Assembly: GCA_002269645.1 (NCBI GenBank)
Contig: NIVC01000092.1
Span: 62,001 to 126,000, forward strand
Source: Macrostomum lignano
Taxonomy: Eukaryota
Reading direction: 5' to 3'
DNA: 64,000 bases
How positions within the stretch are numbered: the stretch's first letter is position 1; each line of letters starts with the position of its first letter. Position numbers and translations under genes: made by a program. The notes beneath the pieces were generated by a model. It was not told the origin of the DNA. It saw only the letters and a list, made by a program, of their open reading frames with translations, and did not search any database. Below are positions 10,601 to 23,400 of this stretch, one piece after another.

Positions 10601-13600
10601 ACCAGGTTAGCCTTGGTGGATTGTGGGGCACTGGCTGAAACATCATGAGATCGCTGAAGCATCATGGGGGTCACTGAAGCATCATGGGGGTCACTGAAGC
10701 ATCATGGGGGTCACTGAAGCATCATGGGGGGTCACTGAAACATCATGGGGGTCACTGAAGCATCATGGGGGTCACTGAAGCATCATGGGGGTCACTGAAG
10801 CATCGTGAGGTCACTGGAGCATCATGGGGGTCATGATGGAGCATCATGGGTTCATTGGAGCATCATGAGGTCACTGAAGCATCATGGGGGTCACTGAAAC
10901 ATTATGGGGGTCACTGAAGCATCATGGGGGTCACTGAAGCATCATGGGGGTCACTGAAGCATCATTGGGGTCATGATGGAGCATCATGGGCTCATTGGAG
11001 CATCATGAGGTCACTGAAGCATCATTGGGTCACTGAAGTATCATGGGGGTACTGAAGCATCATTGGGGTCACTGGAGCATCATGGGGGTCACTGAAGCAT
11101 CGTGAGGTCACTGGAGCATCATGGGGTCACTGAAGTATCATGGGGGTACTGAAGCATCATTGGGGTCACTGGAGCATCATGGGGGTCACTGAAGCATCGT
11201 GAGGTCACTGGAGCATCATGGGGTCACTGAAGCATCATTGGGGTCATGATGGAGCATCATGGGTTCATTGGAGCATCATGAGGTCACTGAAGCATCATTG
11301 GGTCACTGAAGTATCATGGGGGTACTGAAGCATCATTGGGGTCACTGGAGCATCATGGGTTCATTGGAGCAGGGTGCACGACAATTGACTGCCACAATTT
11401 GACTGCCGACAAAGCACTTGCTTTCATATACGGCAGTCTTTTTAGCGGTTATGAAATTTCGCGTTCAAAAAGGCATGCTTTGGAAATTGAGGTACATTGA
11501 GGTAAATGTTTTTTTTTACATAAAACAAAGACTTATCTTAGCACTATGTTTTTAATTGTATTATAAAGGTAATGTATTCTGTTCTGCATCATTCTAAATA
11601 CAATATTTCACTTACATGCATGGACTTAAAAAGGGTGACAGAGTGCTAAACTTTAGGAGCATCATTTTGCTGGCAGTCATATTGCCGCAGTCATCTTGTC
11701 GGCAGTCAAATTGTCGGCAGTCATATTGTCGGCAGTCATATTGCCGCAGTCATATTGTCGGCAGTCAAATTGTCGGCAGTCATATTGTCGGCAGTCATAT
11801 TGTCGGCAGTCATCTTGTCGGCAGTCAAATTGTCGGCAGTCATATTGTCGGCAGTCATATTGCCGCAGTCATATTGTCGGCAGTCAAATTGTCGGCAGTC
11901 ATATTGTCGGCAGTCATATTGCCGCAGTCATCTTGTCGGCAGTCAAATTGTCGGCAGTCATATTGTCGGCAGTCATATTGTCGCAGTCATCTTGTCGGCA
12001 GTCAAATTGTCGGCAGTCAAATTGTCGGCAGTCATATTGCCGCAGTCATATTGTCGGCAGTCATATTGTCGGCAGTCATATTGTCGGCAGTCATATTGCC
12101 GCAGTCATATTGTCGGCAGTCATATTGTCGGCAGTCATATTGTCGGCAGTCATTTTGTCGGCAGTCATATTGTCGGCAGTCATATTGTCGGCAGTCATAT
12201 TGTCGGCAGTCATTTTGTCGGCAGTCATTTTGTCGGCAGTCATTTTGTCGGCAGTCATATTGTCGCAGTCATCTTGTCGGCAGTCAAATTGTCGGCAGTC
12301 AAATTGTCGGCAGTCATATTGCCGCAGTCATATTGTCGGCAGTCATATTGTCGGCAGTCATATTGCCGCAGTCATATTGTCGGCAGTCATATTGTCGGCA
12401 GTCATATTGTCGGCAGTCATTTTGTCCGCAGTCATATTGTCGGCAGTCATTTTGTCGGCAGTCATTTTGTCGGCAGTCATATTGCCGCAGTCATCTTGTC
12501 GGCAGTCAAATTTTCGGCAGTCATATTGTCGGCAGTCATATTGCCGCAGTCATCTTGTCTGCATTCAAATTGTCGGCAGTCATATTGTCGGCAGTCATAT
12601 TGTCGGCAGTCAATTGTCGTGAGGTCATGAGGTCACTGAAGCATCATGGGGTCACTGGAGTATCAACCCTGCCACCCGATCTCTCTCCTTCCCAGGTACG
12701 CCTTCCTCTCCGACCAGTCGGGCGTGGTGACCATTCTCCGCCTCACCGAGAACTCACTGGAGCTCATCAACGTGCTCAAGGGTCACTCGGCTGCGGTGAC
12801 AGACTTGGCTTGGGATGCCAGAAGGAACCAGCTGTACTCGGCGTCTCAGGACAACGCCGTCATCATGTGGGACATCGGAGGCGGCGAGGGCAAGGCCTAC
12901 GAGCTGCAGGCGCACCGAGGCTCCGTGAACAGCCTGGTGTTCGCGGCCACGTCCAGGGAGTGCATCTCTGCTGGCTCCGATGGCAATCTGGTTCGCGCTT
13001 ACTGACTGACTGCTTCTGGGGGTCTGGGGTAGTCTGCTTTGGGGTATGTAGGGGTTTTGAGATTGTAGAGAGTCTTGGGGATCGGAATTTGACTCGTGGA
13101 ACTCATAGGAATGTAATTTGAGGGGAATTAGTGACGTAAATTGAGGGGGGAATTAGTGATGTAAATTGATGGGGAATTAGAGATGTAAATTGATGGGGAA
13201 TTAGTGATGTAAATTGAAGGGGAATTAGTGATGTAAATTGAAGGGGAATTAGAGATGTAAATTAGTGGGAATTATAGATATAGGCCTGTATATCCGTGGA
13301 AGCCAGGCCAACATCCCCGCCCGTTGCTCCCCGAGGCCAGGTGTTCTGGTGCATGTCGGTGCCGCGCCGCGAGACCCCCAGCTGGTCAGAGTCGGACGTG
13401 TGCTCCAAATGTGGCGTGCCGTTCTTTTGGAACCTGCGCAAGATGTGGTCGGACAAGCGCGTCGGCACCAGGCAGCACCACTGCAGGCGGTGCGGCGCCG
13501 CCGTGTGCGACGCCTGCTCTCAGCGCCGCACCGCCCTGCCGCCGATGGGCTTCGAATACTCGGTTAGGGTCTGCGACGATTGCCACGCCGAGGTGACGCC

Positions 13601-13757
13601 AGACGATCTGACACCCCTGGCCGCTGTGTTCGAGGCCAAGCAGGATGTTCAGAAGATGGCCCTGTGCGAGACCCGGCGCTGGCTGCTCAGCCTGGGCAAG
13701 GAGGGCACCGTGAAGGTGTGGGACCTCGCTTCCGTGCTGCTGCCCAGGGCGGATTGA
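7638..13757 (+). CDS. WDFY2: WD repeat and FYVE domain-containing protein, WDFY1/WDFY2 orthologue (~415 aa)
   Basis: Exons 7638-7807 (GC donor), 9632-9699, 10308-10605, 12696-12990 and 13341-13757 total 1248 nt in frame. RKPELIFRIE..PKETGIIAVYEDR|SVRVLLRRDNGQFWPSV matches the WDFY N-terminus as I recall it. FYVE domain WSESD...FFWNLRKMW...RQHHCRRCG...RVC. Confidence 0.92.
10640..11371. repeat. 20 bp minisatellite in WDFY intron 3 (resumes at 12622-12660)
   Basis: Unit gggtcactgaagcatcatgg. Confidence 0.9.
11372..12621. mobile_element. Foldback/MITE-like element with modular inverted arms; right arm amplified into a 15 bp array
   Basis: CACGACAATTGACTGCC at 11377-11393 is the exact reverse complement of 12605-12621. 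The left arm has ~2 units of the motif and the right arm ~63 units (ggcagtcatattgtc, 11672-12621). It interrupts another minisatellite. Confidence 0.75.
13122..13275. repeat. ~23 bp tandem repeat in WDFY intron 4
   Basis: Unit gaggggaattagtgatgtaaatt. Confidence 0.85.
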
Positions 13758-13894
13758 GTGTGACTTGGATTTACAAGCGTTTGGTTGATTGACAGTCTTT
13801 GGTTGGGTTGTGGAATCGTGCTGTTGAAGCTGCCGACTGCAGTAAGACCATCACTATGACAATTTTCGTTTCTGGGTTGGGTCTGGATTGGGGT

Positions 13895-13955
13895 TAGTTA
13901 GTTAATTAATTACTTAGTTAGTTAGTTTGTTTGTTAGTCAGTTAGTCAGTTAGTC

Positions 13956-13986
<31 letters not shown>

Positions 13987-14049
13987 CAGTCAGTTAGTTA
14001 GTTAGTTAGTTAGTTTGTTAGTTAGTTAGTCAGTTAGTCAGTTATTCAC

Positions 14050-14106
<57 letters not shown>

Positions 14107-14280
14107 CAGTTAATTAGTCAGTTAGTTAGTTAATTAGTCAGTTAATTAGTCAGTTAGTCAGTTAATTAGTCAGTTAATTAGTCAGTTAATTAGACAGTTA
14201 GTCAGTTAATTAGTCAGTTAGTCAGTTAATTAGTCAGTTAATTAATCAGTTAGTTAGTTAATTAGTCAGTTAGTCAGTCA
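13895..14280. repeat. (GTTA/GTCA)n microsatellite
   Basis: Direct reading. Confidence 0.95.
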
Positions 14281-14789
14281 AAGCGACAGTCAGTGAGAAT
14301 TCTACCGCCAAGAATGTTAGTGTCTCTACTATTAGTAATATCCGAGCGTATGCGCGAGTTCAGTCAGAGGTATATATAATGGTGATTGCGATCTCCTTAA
14401 TTAAATTTCGCGTCATCCTCATCGTGTCCTTGCGAATATGTTGCCAACTTCTAAGAGTTCGTGTATGCTACTTTTTAACAGTAGTACGAGTCTTGTTTAT
14501 GCGCAGCGGCAACCGACTCTGTGCTGATATACTCGTAAATTCTGCTTTTGATTAGTCGGTTAAAAGCCACTTACAACGAACAAAAAAACAATATTTCATT
14601 TGTCCGTTTTTCCGCGTTGTGGCGCACCTGATTTTTGCTTGCGTGAGCTGATGCGCGTGTACCGCTCATATTCATTCTAGTAGTATGTAGCCAATATTGT
14701 GCGTCTTTTTCAGTACACTGTCTTTTTATGATGAGGCTTCATTTTGCTGCTCTTTGGTTTATCACTTTTGGAGCTTCCGGTGGCGCCTT

Positions 14790-15470
14790 TTCAGTTACTG
14801 GGCCAGCCTCCCAGATCCTCAGTTGCTGGGCCAGCCTCCCAGATCCTCAGTTGCTGGGCCAGCCTCCCAGATCCTCAGTTGCTGGGCCCACCAGCCTCCC
14901 AGATCCTCAGTTGCTGGGCCCACCAGCCTCCCAGATCCTCAGTTGCTGGGCCAGCCTCCCAGATCCTCAGTTGCTGGGCCAGCCTCCCAGATCCTCAGTT
15001 GCTGGGCCAGCCTCCCAGATCTCAGTTGCTGGGCCAGCCTCCCAGATCTCAGTTGCTGGGCCAGCCTCCCAGATCTCAGTTGCTGGGCCAGCCTCCCAGA
15101 TCCTCAGTTGCTGGGCCCACCAGCCTCCCAGATCCTCAGTTGCTGGGCCAGCCTCCCAGATCCTCAGTTGCTGGGCCAGCCTCCCAGATCCTCAGTTGCT
15201 GGGCCAGCCTCCTAGATCCTCAGTTGCTGGGCCAGCCTCCCAGATCCTCAGTTGCTGGGCCAGCCTCCTAGATCCTCAGTTGCTGCGCCAGCCTCCCAGA
15301 TCCTCAGTTGCTGGGCCAGCCTCCTAGATCCTCAGTTGCTGCGCCAGCCTCCCAGTTCCTCAGTTACTGGGCTATCAGCCTCCAAGATCCTCAGTTGCTG
15401 GGCCACCAGCCTCCCAGATCCTCAGTTGCTGGGCCACCAGCCTCCCAGATCCTCAATTGCTGGGCCACCA
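14790..15470. repeat. 28 bp minisatellite
   Basis: Unit gggccagcctcccagatcctcagttgct. Confidence 0.95.
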
Positions 15471-15931
15471 GATCCCAGTATATCATTGTACTACTTGGTG
15501 ACCGCATGAAAGTGTCAATTTTACAGCAGAGTCTCCCTCTTGTACTCTTCAATTTGTTAATACAGTCGTATGTTTTTTTCTGTAGACATTTCAAGATAAC
15601 TTTATTTGTGTTCGGAACTTTTATTACACATAATCATCAAGGTTACTAATTTTTGTTTTGCATATTTCCTTGTAGCCTTGTGCTGTCTGCTGTTTAACTA
15701 TACTGTGAAGAAATGTTTATTTTTATTGTAAACAGTTATTATATCTATTATTAAAATAAGTCAATTCTAACTACGCGTGTTTTGTTAAAATGGCCTCCAA
15801 TGCTATTCCGAATCTTGAATGCAGCAATACCGCGCTTATTCAGTGTTGTAATTTCATATCATCTTTATACTGGTCTGGATTGCTGTTAGATGGCGGTGTC
15901 TAGGCAATATTATGAATTAAATTCTAATTCA

Positions 15932-17280
15932 CTGAAATCCCAATTGCCAATTTACCTGAAAGTACAATTCACACCTGAAATCCCAATTCACACTTGAAAT
16001 CCCAATTCACACCTGAAATCCCAATTCACACTTGAAATCCCAATTCACACCTGAAATCCCAATTCACACCTGAAATCACAATTCACACCTGAAATCCCAA
16101 TTCACACTTGAAATCCCAATTCACACCTGAAATCCCAATTCACACCTGAAATCCCAATTCACACTTGAAATCCCAATTCACACTTGAAATCCCAATTCAC
16201 ACCTGAAATCCCAATTCACACTTGAAATCCCAATTCACACTTGAAATCCCAATTCACACCTGAAATCCCAATTCACACCTGAAATCCCAATTCACACCTG
16301 AAATCCCAATTCACACTTGAAATCCCAATTCACACCTGAAATCCCAATTCACACTTGAAATCCCAATTCACACCTGAAATCACAATTCACACTTGAAATC
16401 CCAATTCACAATTGAAATCCCAATTCACACTTGAAATCCCAATTCACACTTGAAATCCCAATTCACAATTGAAATCCCAATTCACACTTGAAATCCCAAT
16501 TCACACTTGAAATCCCAATTCACACTTGAAATCCCAATTCACAATTGAAATCCCAATTCACACCTGAAATCCCAACTCACACCAGAAATCCCAACTAACA
16601 CCAGAAATCCCAATTCACACCAGAAATCCCAATTCACACTAGAAACCCCAATTCACACTTGAAATCCCAACTCACACCAGAAATCCCAACTCACACCAGA
16701 AATCCCAATTCACACTAGAAACCCCAATTCACACTTGAAATCCCAACTCACACCAGAAATCCCAATTCACACCAGAAATCCCAATTCACACTAGAAACCC
16801 CAATTCACACTTGAAATCCCAACTCACACCAGAAATCCCAACTCACACCAGAAATCCCAATTCACACTAGAAACCCCAATTCACACTTGAAATCCCAACT
16901 CACACCAGAAATCCCAACTCACACCAGAAATCCCAACTCACACCAGAAATCCCAACTCACACCAGAAATCCCAACTCACACCAGAAATCCCAACTCACAT
17001 TAGAAATCCCAACTCACACCAGAAATCCCAACTCACACCAGAAATCCCAACTCACATTAGAAATCCCAACTCACACCAGAAATCCCAACTCACACCAGAA
17101 ATCCCAACTCACACCAGAAATACAAATTCACACCAGAAATCCCAACTCACACCAGAAATCCCAACTCACACCAGAAATCCCAACTCACACCAGAAATCCC
17201 AACTCACACCAGAAATCCCAACTCACACCAGAAATCCCAACTCACACCAAAAATCCCAATTCACCTGAAATCACAAATCA
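15932..17280. repeat. 19 bp minisatellite with variant gradient
   Basis: tgaaatcccaattcacac(c/t) units on the left give way to agaaatcccaactcacacc units on the right. Confidence 0.95.
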
Positions 17281-17762
17281 CGCCAGAGATTGCACTTCTT
17301 TAAGTGATTACACTTGGACATTGTTTCAGTTGCCTGGTCAGGCCATATCTCTAATAATTAATAATGCTTTCTATTGTGAATTTTGTAAAATTGTCGTCAC
17401 AGATGTCGCACAGCTATTGAATTATTAATTCAGTTTAATTTTGATTGAAATAGCTTTGCCCTATATATTAATCTTTATATGTTGGATTATTGTAGTATAT
17501 AAATATATTATAATATTGGTTATTATCAATCAGAGTTCGCCAACGGTCACCGTTTCTTATTAAAACTTCATTTTTATCTTGCGCGTTCGTCAGTCAAGTG
17601 AAGATCAAACGTGTACAAATTAGTGCCAAATTAGTGCCAAAAAAATTAAAAGCTCCTGTCTTTTTGGTGCAAGTTTTGCGCAGTTGCCAGCCTGCAGGAA
17701 GACGACAGGTGCTCAACTTTTGTCACCTCGGGCGTGGCAGATCCGGCATCTACCGGCCTAGG

Positions 17763-18100
17763 AGCCAGGAGCGCCCACCGAGAGCCAGGGGGCGCTTACC
17801 GAGAGCCAGGGGGCGCTCACCGAGAGCCAGGGGGCGCTCACCGAGAGCCAGGAGCGCTCACCGAGAGCCAGGGGCGCCCACCGAGAGCCAGGGGCGCTCA
17901 CAGAGAGACAGGGGGGGGGGGCGCTCACCGAGAGACAGGGGGCGCTCACCAAGAGACAGGGCCGCCCACCAGGAGAAAAGGGCGCCCAACAAGAGCCCGA
18001 GGCACCCAACAAGAAACCGGGGCAACCACCAAGAGACAGGGGTGCCCACCAAGAGACAGGGGTGCCCAGCAAGAGACAGGGGCGACCACCAAGAGACGGT
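17763..18100. repeat. 21 bp GC-rich minisatellite
   Basis: Unit ccgagagccagggggcgctca. Confidence 0.9.
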
Positions 18101-18774
18101 TGTGTTGCGCCTACAAAAAGGCGTGTACACTGGTATAGTAAATGTACAGTTCTGACCTTTACTTTTAAGTTTAGGATTAACTGTTAAAACTGATTGCATC
18201 CGACCAACAACATGTAACGATGCAGTCTGCGGCTTGGGGATCTGGCTGGCTCTGCACAGACGCATGCCGCCAAATTTAATCCAGTCAATCAGTCTCCCTA
18301 GCTTCGTACTCCCCCAACATCTCACAGCCAATTTCTCTCTTTATGTTTTCTGTTTACCTTGGACAAACCTGCCGTGTGGCCTTGGGGGGCCCCTGCTCCG
18401 CTAAGTCTGCCGCAATTAATTTGAATGAATTTGAGCATGAGCACACTTTCTCTCTTCCCCAAGCAGCGTGTTGGGCAAACAGCTAGCTGCCTCAGTCGGT
18501 CTGGAGCTGCTTAATCCGCTGGGCTTCCAGCTGCTCAGGCTCGACATCAATTTGCCACCCCCTGCGCAAGCGGTCTGTCTGTGCGCCGCTGGAATCGATT
18601 GCGAAGCAAATTTTTGTTAATAGCAACTTTTCTCAAAGACCATCTGTGAGTTTTCTCAATCCTTGGGATTGGAATTGGTGCCTTGGCTTTGGGACTTGGC
18701 AGTGACATATTTCTCTGGGCACACAGCTTGCTCTGGCAGTGCGGCTGGCAAGGAAAATTTTCTTGGACACGATT

Positions 18775-19015
18775 CAGGAGCGTCGCCATGGATTTTATGG
18801 TGGGGGGCGAAGTCAAGAATTCAACATGTACATGACTAAATTTTAGTACTCATTTTGGCGCCGCATGTACTCATTTTAGCGCCGCAGGCACTCATTTTGG
18901 CGCCGCAGGTACTCATTTTGGCGTCGCAGGTACTCATTTTAGCGCCGCAGGCACTCATTTTAGCGCCGCAGGCACTCATTTTAGCGCCGCAGGCACTCAT
19001 TTTAGCGCCACAGGC
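18775..19015. mobile_element. Truncated hAT-like MITE end carrying a 21 bp repeat
   Basis: Starts caggagcgtcgcca...gtggggggcg. The repeat gcgccgcaggcactcatttta recurs inside the hAT MITE at ~61830-61900. No second TIR found. Confidence 0.4.
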
Positions 19016-19629
19016 ATTTTAATTAACGCCACTAGGGGAATTTTCCTAGAAATGTAGGGCTACCAAGAGGGAAATTTTCCTATATTTTGGCCTAGGGATA
19101 TTTTGGCCTATCAAAGTGGGAATTTTCTTAGAAATGTATGGCTACGGAAAAGAAATTTTTCCTAGATAACTTCTACGAAATACTTCGGAATAGCCGGGAA
19201 TTATCCTCCCCAGGTTATATCAACCCAAGGTGAATTTTCCCTGACATGAACACGAGCTGAGAATCTTCCAGTTTATTCAAGCTTGTTAGCAAAGAATTTT
19301 GAAACGTTAGTAAGATATACTTGCAGACGCACTACTTACTTGATTAAGTAGTTTTTAAGCAAGTTATTTTATTAGGTCGATCAACTTAAGACATCATGCA
19401 AGCGTTTTTATTGGAGGCCGGCAACTGCAGCCAATGATACTGAGTGTGGGTGATGAAGGGCGAATGCCTCCCATTTGATATTTATCTGGCTAGAGTGGTC
19501 TGGGGCCATTCTCTGGCAAGCAATAAGCAATTATCGCTTCGGAGGCATCAAACCTGCAAAGGTGAGCCGTGTTTTCTGGTTCTGCTTTAGGGCAATTTTA
19601 TATTTTATATTTTTACAAGCGGCCTTATG

Positions 19630-20050
19630 GATCCTGTACAGAATACTTGATCAATCTTGCACAATATTCCATGAATCCTGTAAAGAATGCTTGATCAATC
19701 TTGTACAATATTCCATGAATCCTGTAAAGAATGCTTGATCAATCTTGTACAATATTCCATGGATCCTGTAAAGAATGCTTGATCAATCTTGTACAATATT
19801 CCATGGATCCTGTACAGAATGCTTGATCAATCTTGTACAATATTCCATGGATCCTGTACAGAATGCTTGATCAATCTTGTACAATATTCTATGGATCCTG
19901 TACAGAAGGCTTGATCAATCTTTTACAATATTCCATGGATCCTGTACAGAATGCTTGATCAATCTTGCACAATATTCTATGGATCCTGTACAGAATGCTT
20001 GATCAATCTTGCACAATATTCTATGGATCCTGTACAGAATGCTTGATCTT
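19630..20050. repeat. 44 bp minisatellite
   Basis: Unit tgatcaatcttgtacaatattccatggatcctgtacagaatgct. Confidence 0.95.
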
Positions 20051-20586
20051 GTTCCAGAATTCAGTCGTCAACCTGGAACCTGTTTCTTCATATTTCAAAT
20101 TCAGCAAAGTTCGATTCAACTCATCACTCAAATTAGTCTTTTGCTAAAAAATCCCCTACACAGGCGCAGCTGTTTACCTTGAAGGTTTTGTTGACTTTTT
20201 TTCTGTCTGTTCACACTTTAAATGGTCACCCCTAGTAAAGAAAAGTCGAACTTCAATCGAGCTGTTTGACCTCTCGAACTGGCATGCCAGTCCCTGAGCA
20301 TCAATAATTTCCCAACTCATTCGCTCCCCCCGAGCCGCCCGCAGGCGCTCCTGCCTCAAACATCAAACGAAAGCCGCCAGTTGAGACTGGAGTACCCTAA
20401 GGAGTATTCAGCTGCCTTGTTGGGGTGACGAGTTTCGGGTCCACGAGGGAATTTCCTGACGCTCCCGCGTGTTCCTTGAGTAGCGCTGCGTTTCGGTCAT
20501 CGAATATGGGTCATTTTTTAGTGCGAAGATAATTGTCAGGATGAGCCTGGCGGCTGGCCGCGTGCAGAAATAGCTCAGGACCTATA

Positions 20587-21970
20587 GAGATGGAATACAG
20601 ATGGGATTGAGACTTGAATAGAGACTGGATAGAGATGGAATACAGATGGGATTGAGACTTGAATAGAGACTGGATAGAGATGGGATACAGATGGGATTGA
20701 GACTTGAATAGAGACTGGATAGAGATGGGATACAGATGGGATTGAGACTTGAATAGAGACTGGATAGAGATGGGATACAGATGGGATTGAGACTTGAATA
20801 GAGACTGGATAGAGATGGAATACAGATGGGATTGAGACTTGAATAGAGACTGGATAGAGATGGAATACAGATGGGATTGAGACTTGAATAGAGACTGGAT
20901 AGAGATGGGATACAGATGGGATTGAGACTTGAATAGAGACTGGATAGAGATGGAATACAGATGGGATTGAGACTTGAATAGAGACTGGATAGAGATGGGA
21001 TACAGATGGGATTGAGACTTGAATAGAGACTGGATAGAGATGGGATACAGATGGGATTGAGACTTGAATAGAGACTGGATAGAGATGGGATACAGATGGG
21101 ATTGAGACTTGAATAGAGACTGGATAGAGATGGGATACAGATGGGATTGAGACTTGAATCGAGACTGGATAGAGATGGGATACAGATGGGATTGAGACTT
21201 GAATAGAGACTGGATAGAGATGGGATACAGATGGGATTGAGACTTGAATAGAGACTGGATAGAGATGGGATACAGATGGGATTGAGACTTGAATAGAGAC
21301 TGGATAGAGATGGGATACAGATGGGATTGAGACTTGAATAGAGACTGGATAGAGATGGGATACAGATGGGATTGAGACTTGAATAGAGACTGGATAGAGA
21401 TGGGATACAGATGGGATTGAGACTTGAATAGAGACTGGATAGAGATGGGATACAGATGGGATTGAGACTTGAATAGAGACTGGATAGAGATGGGATACAG
21501 ATGGGATTGAGTTGGGATGGAGATGGGGTAGAGATGGGGTATTGGTGGGACGGAGATAGGGTAGAGATAGGGTAGAGATGGGGTAGAGATTGGATATAGA
21601 CTTGGATAGAGATGGGATAGATGTGGGATAGATGTGGAATAGGAATGGGATAGATGTGGGATAGAGATGGGATAGAGAGAGATTGGGATAAAAATAGGAT
21701 AGAGAGATAGAGATAAGATAAAGATGGGATTGAGACTGGGATAGTGATGAGATAGATGTGGGATAAAGATGGGATTGAGACTGGGATAGTGATGAGATAG
21801 ATGTGGGATAAAGATGGGATTGAGACTGGGATAGTGATGAGATAGATGTGGGATAAAGATGGGATTGAGACTGGGATAGTGATGAGATAGATGTGGGATA
21901 AAGATGGGATTGAAACAGGGGTAAAAATAGGATAGAGACAGGATAGAGATAAGAGATCAGAATGGGATAG
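20587..21970. repeat. 45 bp minisatellite followed by degenerate GA-rich repeats
   Basis: Unit gatacagatgggattgagacttgaatagagactggatagagatgg, ~20 copies to ~21510. Confidence 0.95.
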
Positions 21971-22374
21971 GACAGTTGTGGTGGACAGTGAACATTGGAG
22001 CTTAGGAGCAGTTGCAGAAGTTGAACAAAATGAATTGCTGGTTCATCCCGGCTGGCATGCTCAAACCAGATCGATTTCCATTATAGTATGATACATGTTT
22101 GGGGTGCCCAGCGCTTCGCCCCCAAATCAGTGATTGTGGTGAGCGGCAGTCGTTTCCAGATAGGCGAGTGGGGGCAGGTATCGGTGGGGCTGGCTATGCA
22201 TGCATTGAGCGCTGCTCACTCTGCTGGAAACGAACCAGCTGCCTTCTCATCAGCTCCCTCTGATCCGCTGAAAATCTGCGCAGAGGCTGCCAGAGAAAAA
22301 CTGAAAACATTTTAGCTTGGGTATTGTATCGATTGGATTCAGCTTGTAGGAGAGGTCAGCCAAATAGAGTTCGG

Positions 22375-23400
22375 GAGAGGGTGAGAGAGGAAGAGGAGAG
22401 GGAGAGGGAGGAAGAGGAGAGGGAGAGGGAGGAAGAGGAGGGGGAGAGGGAGGAAGAGGAGAGGGAGGAAGAGGAGAGGGAGGAAGAGGAGAGGGAGGAA
22501 GAGGAGAGGGAGGAAGAGGAGAGGGAGAAAGAGGAGAGGGAGGAAGAGGAGAGGGAGGAAGAGGAGAGAGAGGAAGAGGAGAGGGAGGAAGAGGAGAGGG
22601 AGGAAGAGGAGAGGGAGGAAGAGGAGAGGGAGGAAGAGGAGAGGGAGGAAGAGGAGAGGGAGGAAGAGGAGAGGGAGGAAGAGGAGAGGGAGGAAGAGGA
22701 GAGGGAGGAAGAGGAGAGGGAGGAAGAGGAGAGGGAGGAAGAGGAGAGGGAGGAAGAGGAGAGGGAGGAAGAGGAGAGGGAGAAAGAGGAGAGGGAGGAA
22801 GAGGAGAGGGAGGAAGAGGAGAGAGAGGAAGAGGAGAGGGAGGAAGAGGAGAGGGAGGAAGAGGAGAGGGAGGAAGAGGAGAGGGAGGAAGAGGAGAGGG
22901 AGGAAGAGGAGAGGGAGGAAGAGGAGAGGGAGGAAGAGGAGAGGGAGGAAGAGGAGAGGGAGGAAGAGGAGAGGGAGGAAGAGGAGAGGGAGGAAGAGGA
23001 GAGGGAGGAAGAGGAGAGGGAGGAAGAGGAGAGGGAGGAAGAGGAGAGGGAGGAAGAGGAGAGGGAGGAAGAGGAGAGGGAGGAAGAGGAGAGGGAGGAA
23101 GAGGAGAGGGAGGAAGAGGAGAGGGAGGAAGAGGAGAGGGAGGAAGAGGAGAGGGAGGAAGAGGAGAGGGAGGAAGAGGAGAGGGAGGAAGAGGAGATGG
23201 AGGAAGAGGAGAGGGAGGAAGAGGAGAGGGAGGAAGAGGAGAGGGAGGAAGAGGAGAGGGAGGAAGAGGAGAGGGAGGAAGAGGAGAGGGAGGAAGAGGA
23301 GAGGGAGGAAGAGGAGAGGGAGGAAGAGGAGTGGGAGGAAGAGGAGAGGGAGGAAGAGGAGAGGGAGAGGGAGAAAGAAGGAGATGGGATAGAAGAGGGA
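22375..23400. repeat. 15 bp nearly purine-only array
   Basis: (GAGGAAGAGGAGAGG)n, ~1 kb. Confidence 0.95.

Noticed and set aside
11616-13121. 501/308/291 aa ORFs rich in Cys/Ser (RQSYC, AVILS)
   Set aside because: These are translations of the 15 bp array, open in all three frames and lying inside a WDFY intron.
13895-14280. Possible interstitial telomeric repeat
   Set aside because: The unit is GTTA/GTCA, not TTAGGG or TTAGG.
15900-17465. TIRs around the 19 bp array (taggcaa / ttgcccta)
   Set aside because: The match is too short and degenerate in AT-rich DNA to support a third foldback element.
19630-21510. CRISPR-like appearance of the 44-45 bp regular repeats
   Set aside because: Units abut directly with no unique spacers, there are no cas genes, and the context is eukaryotic.
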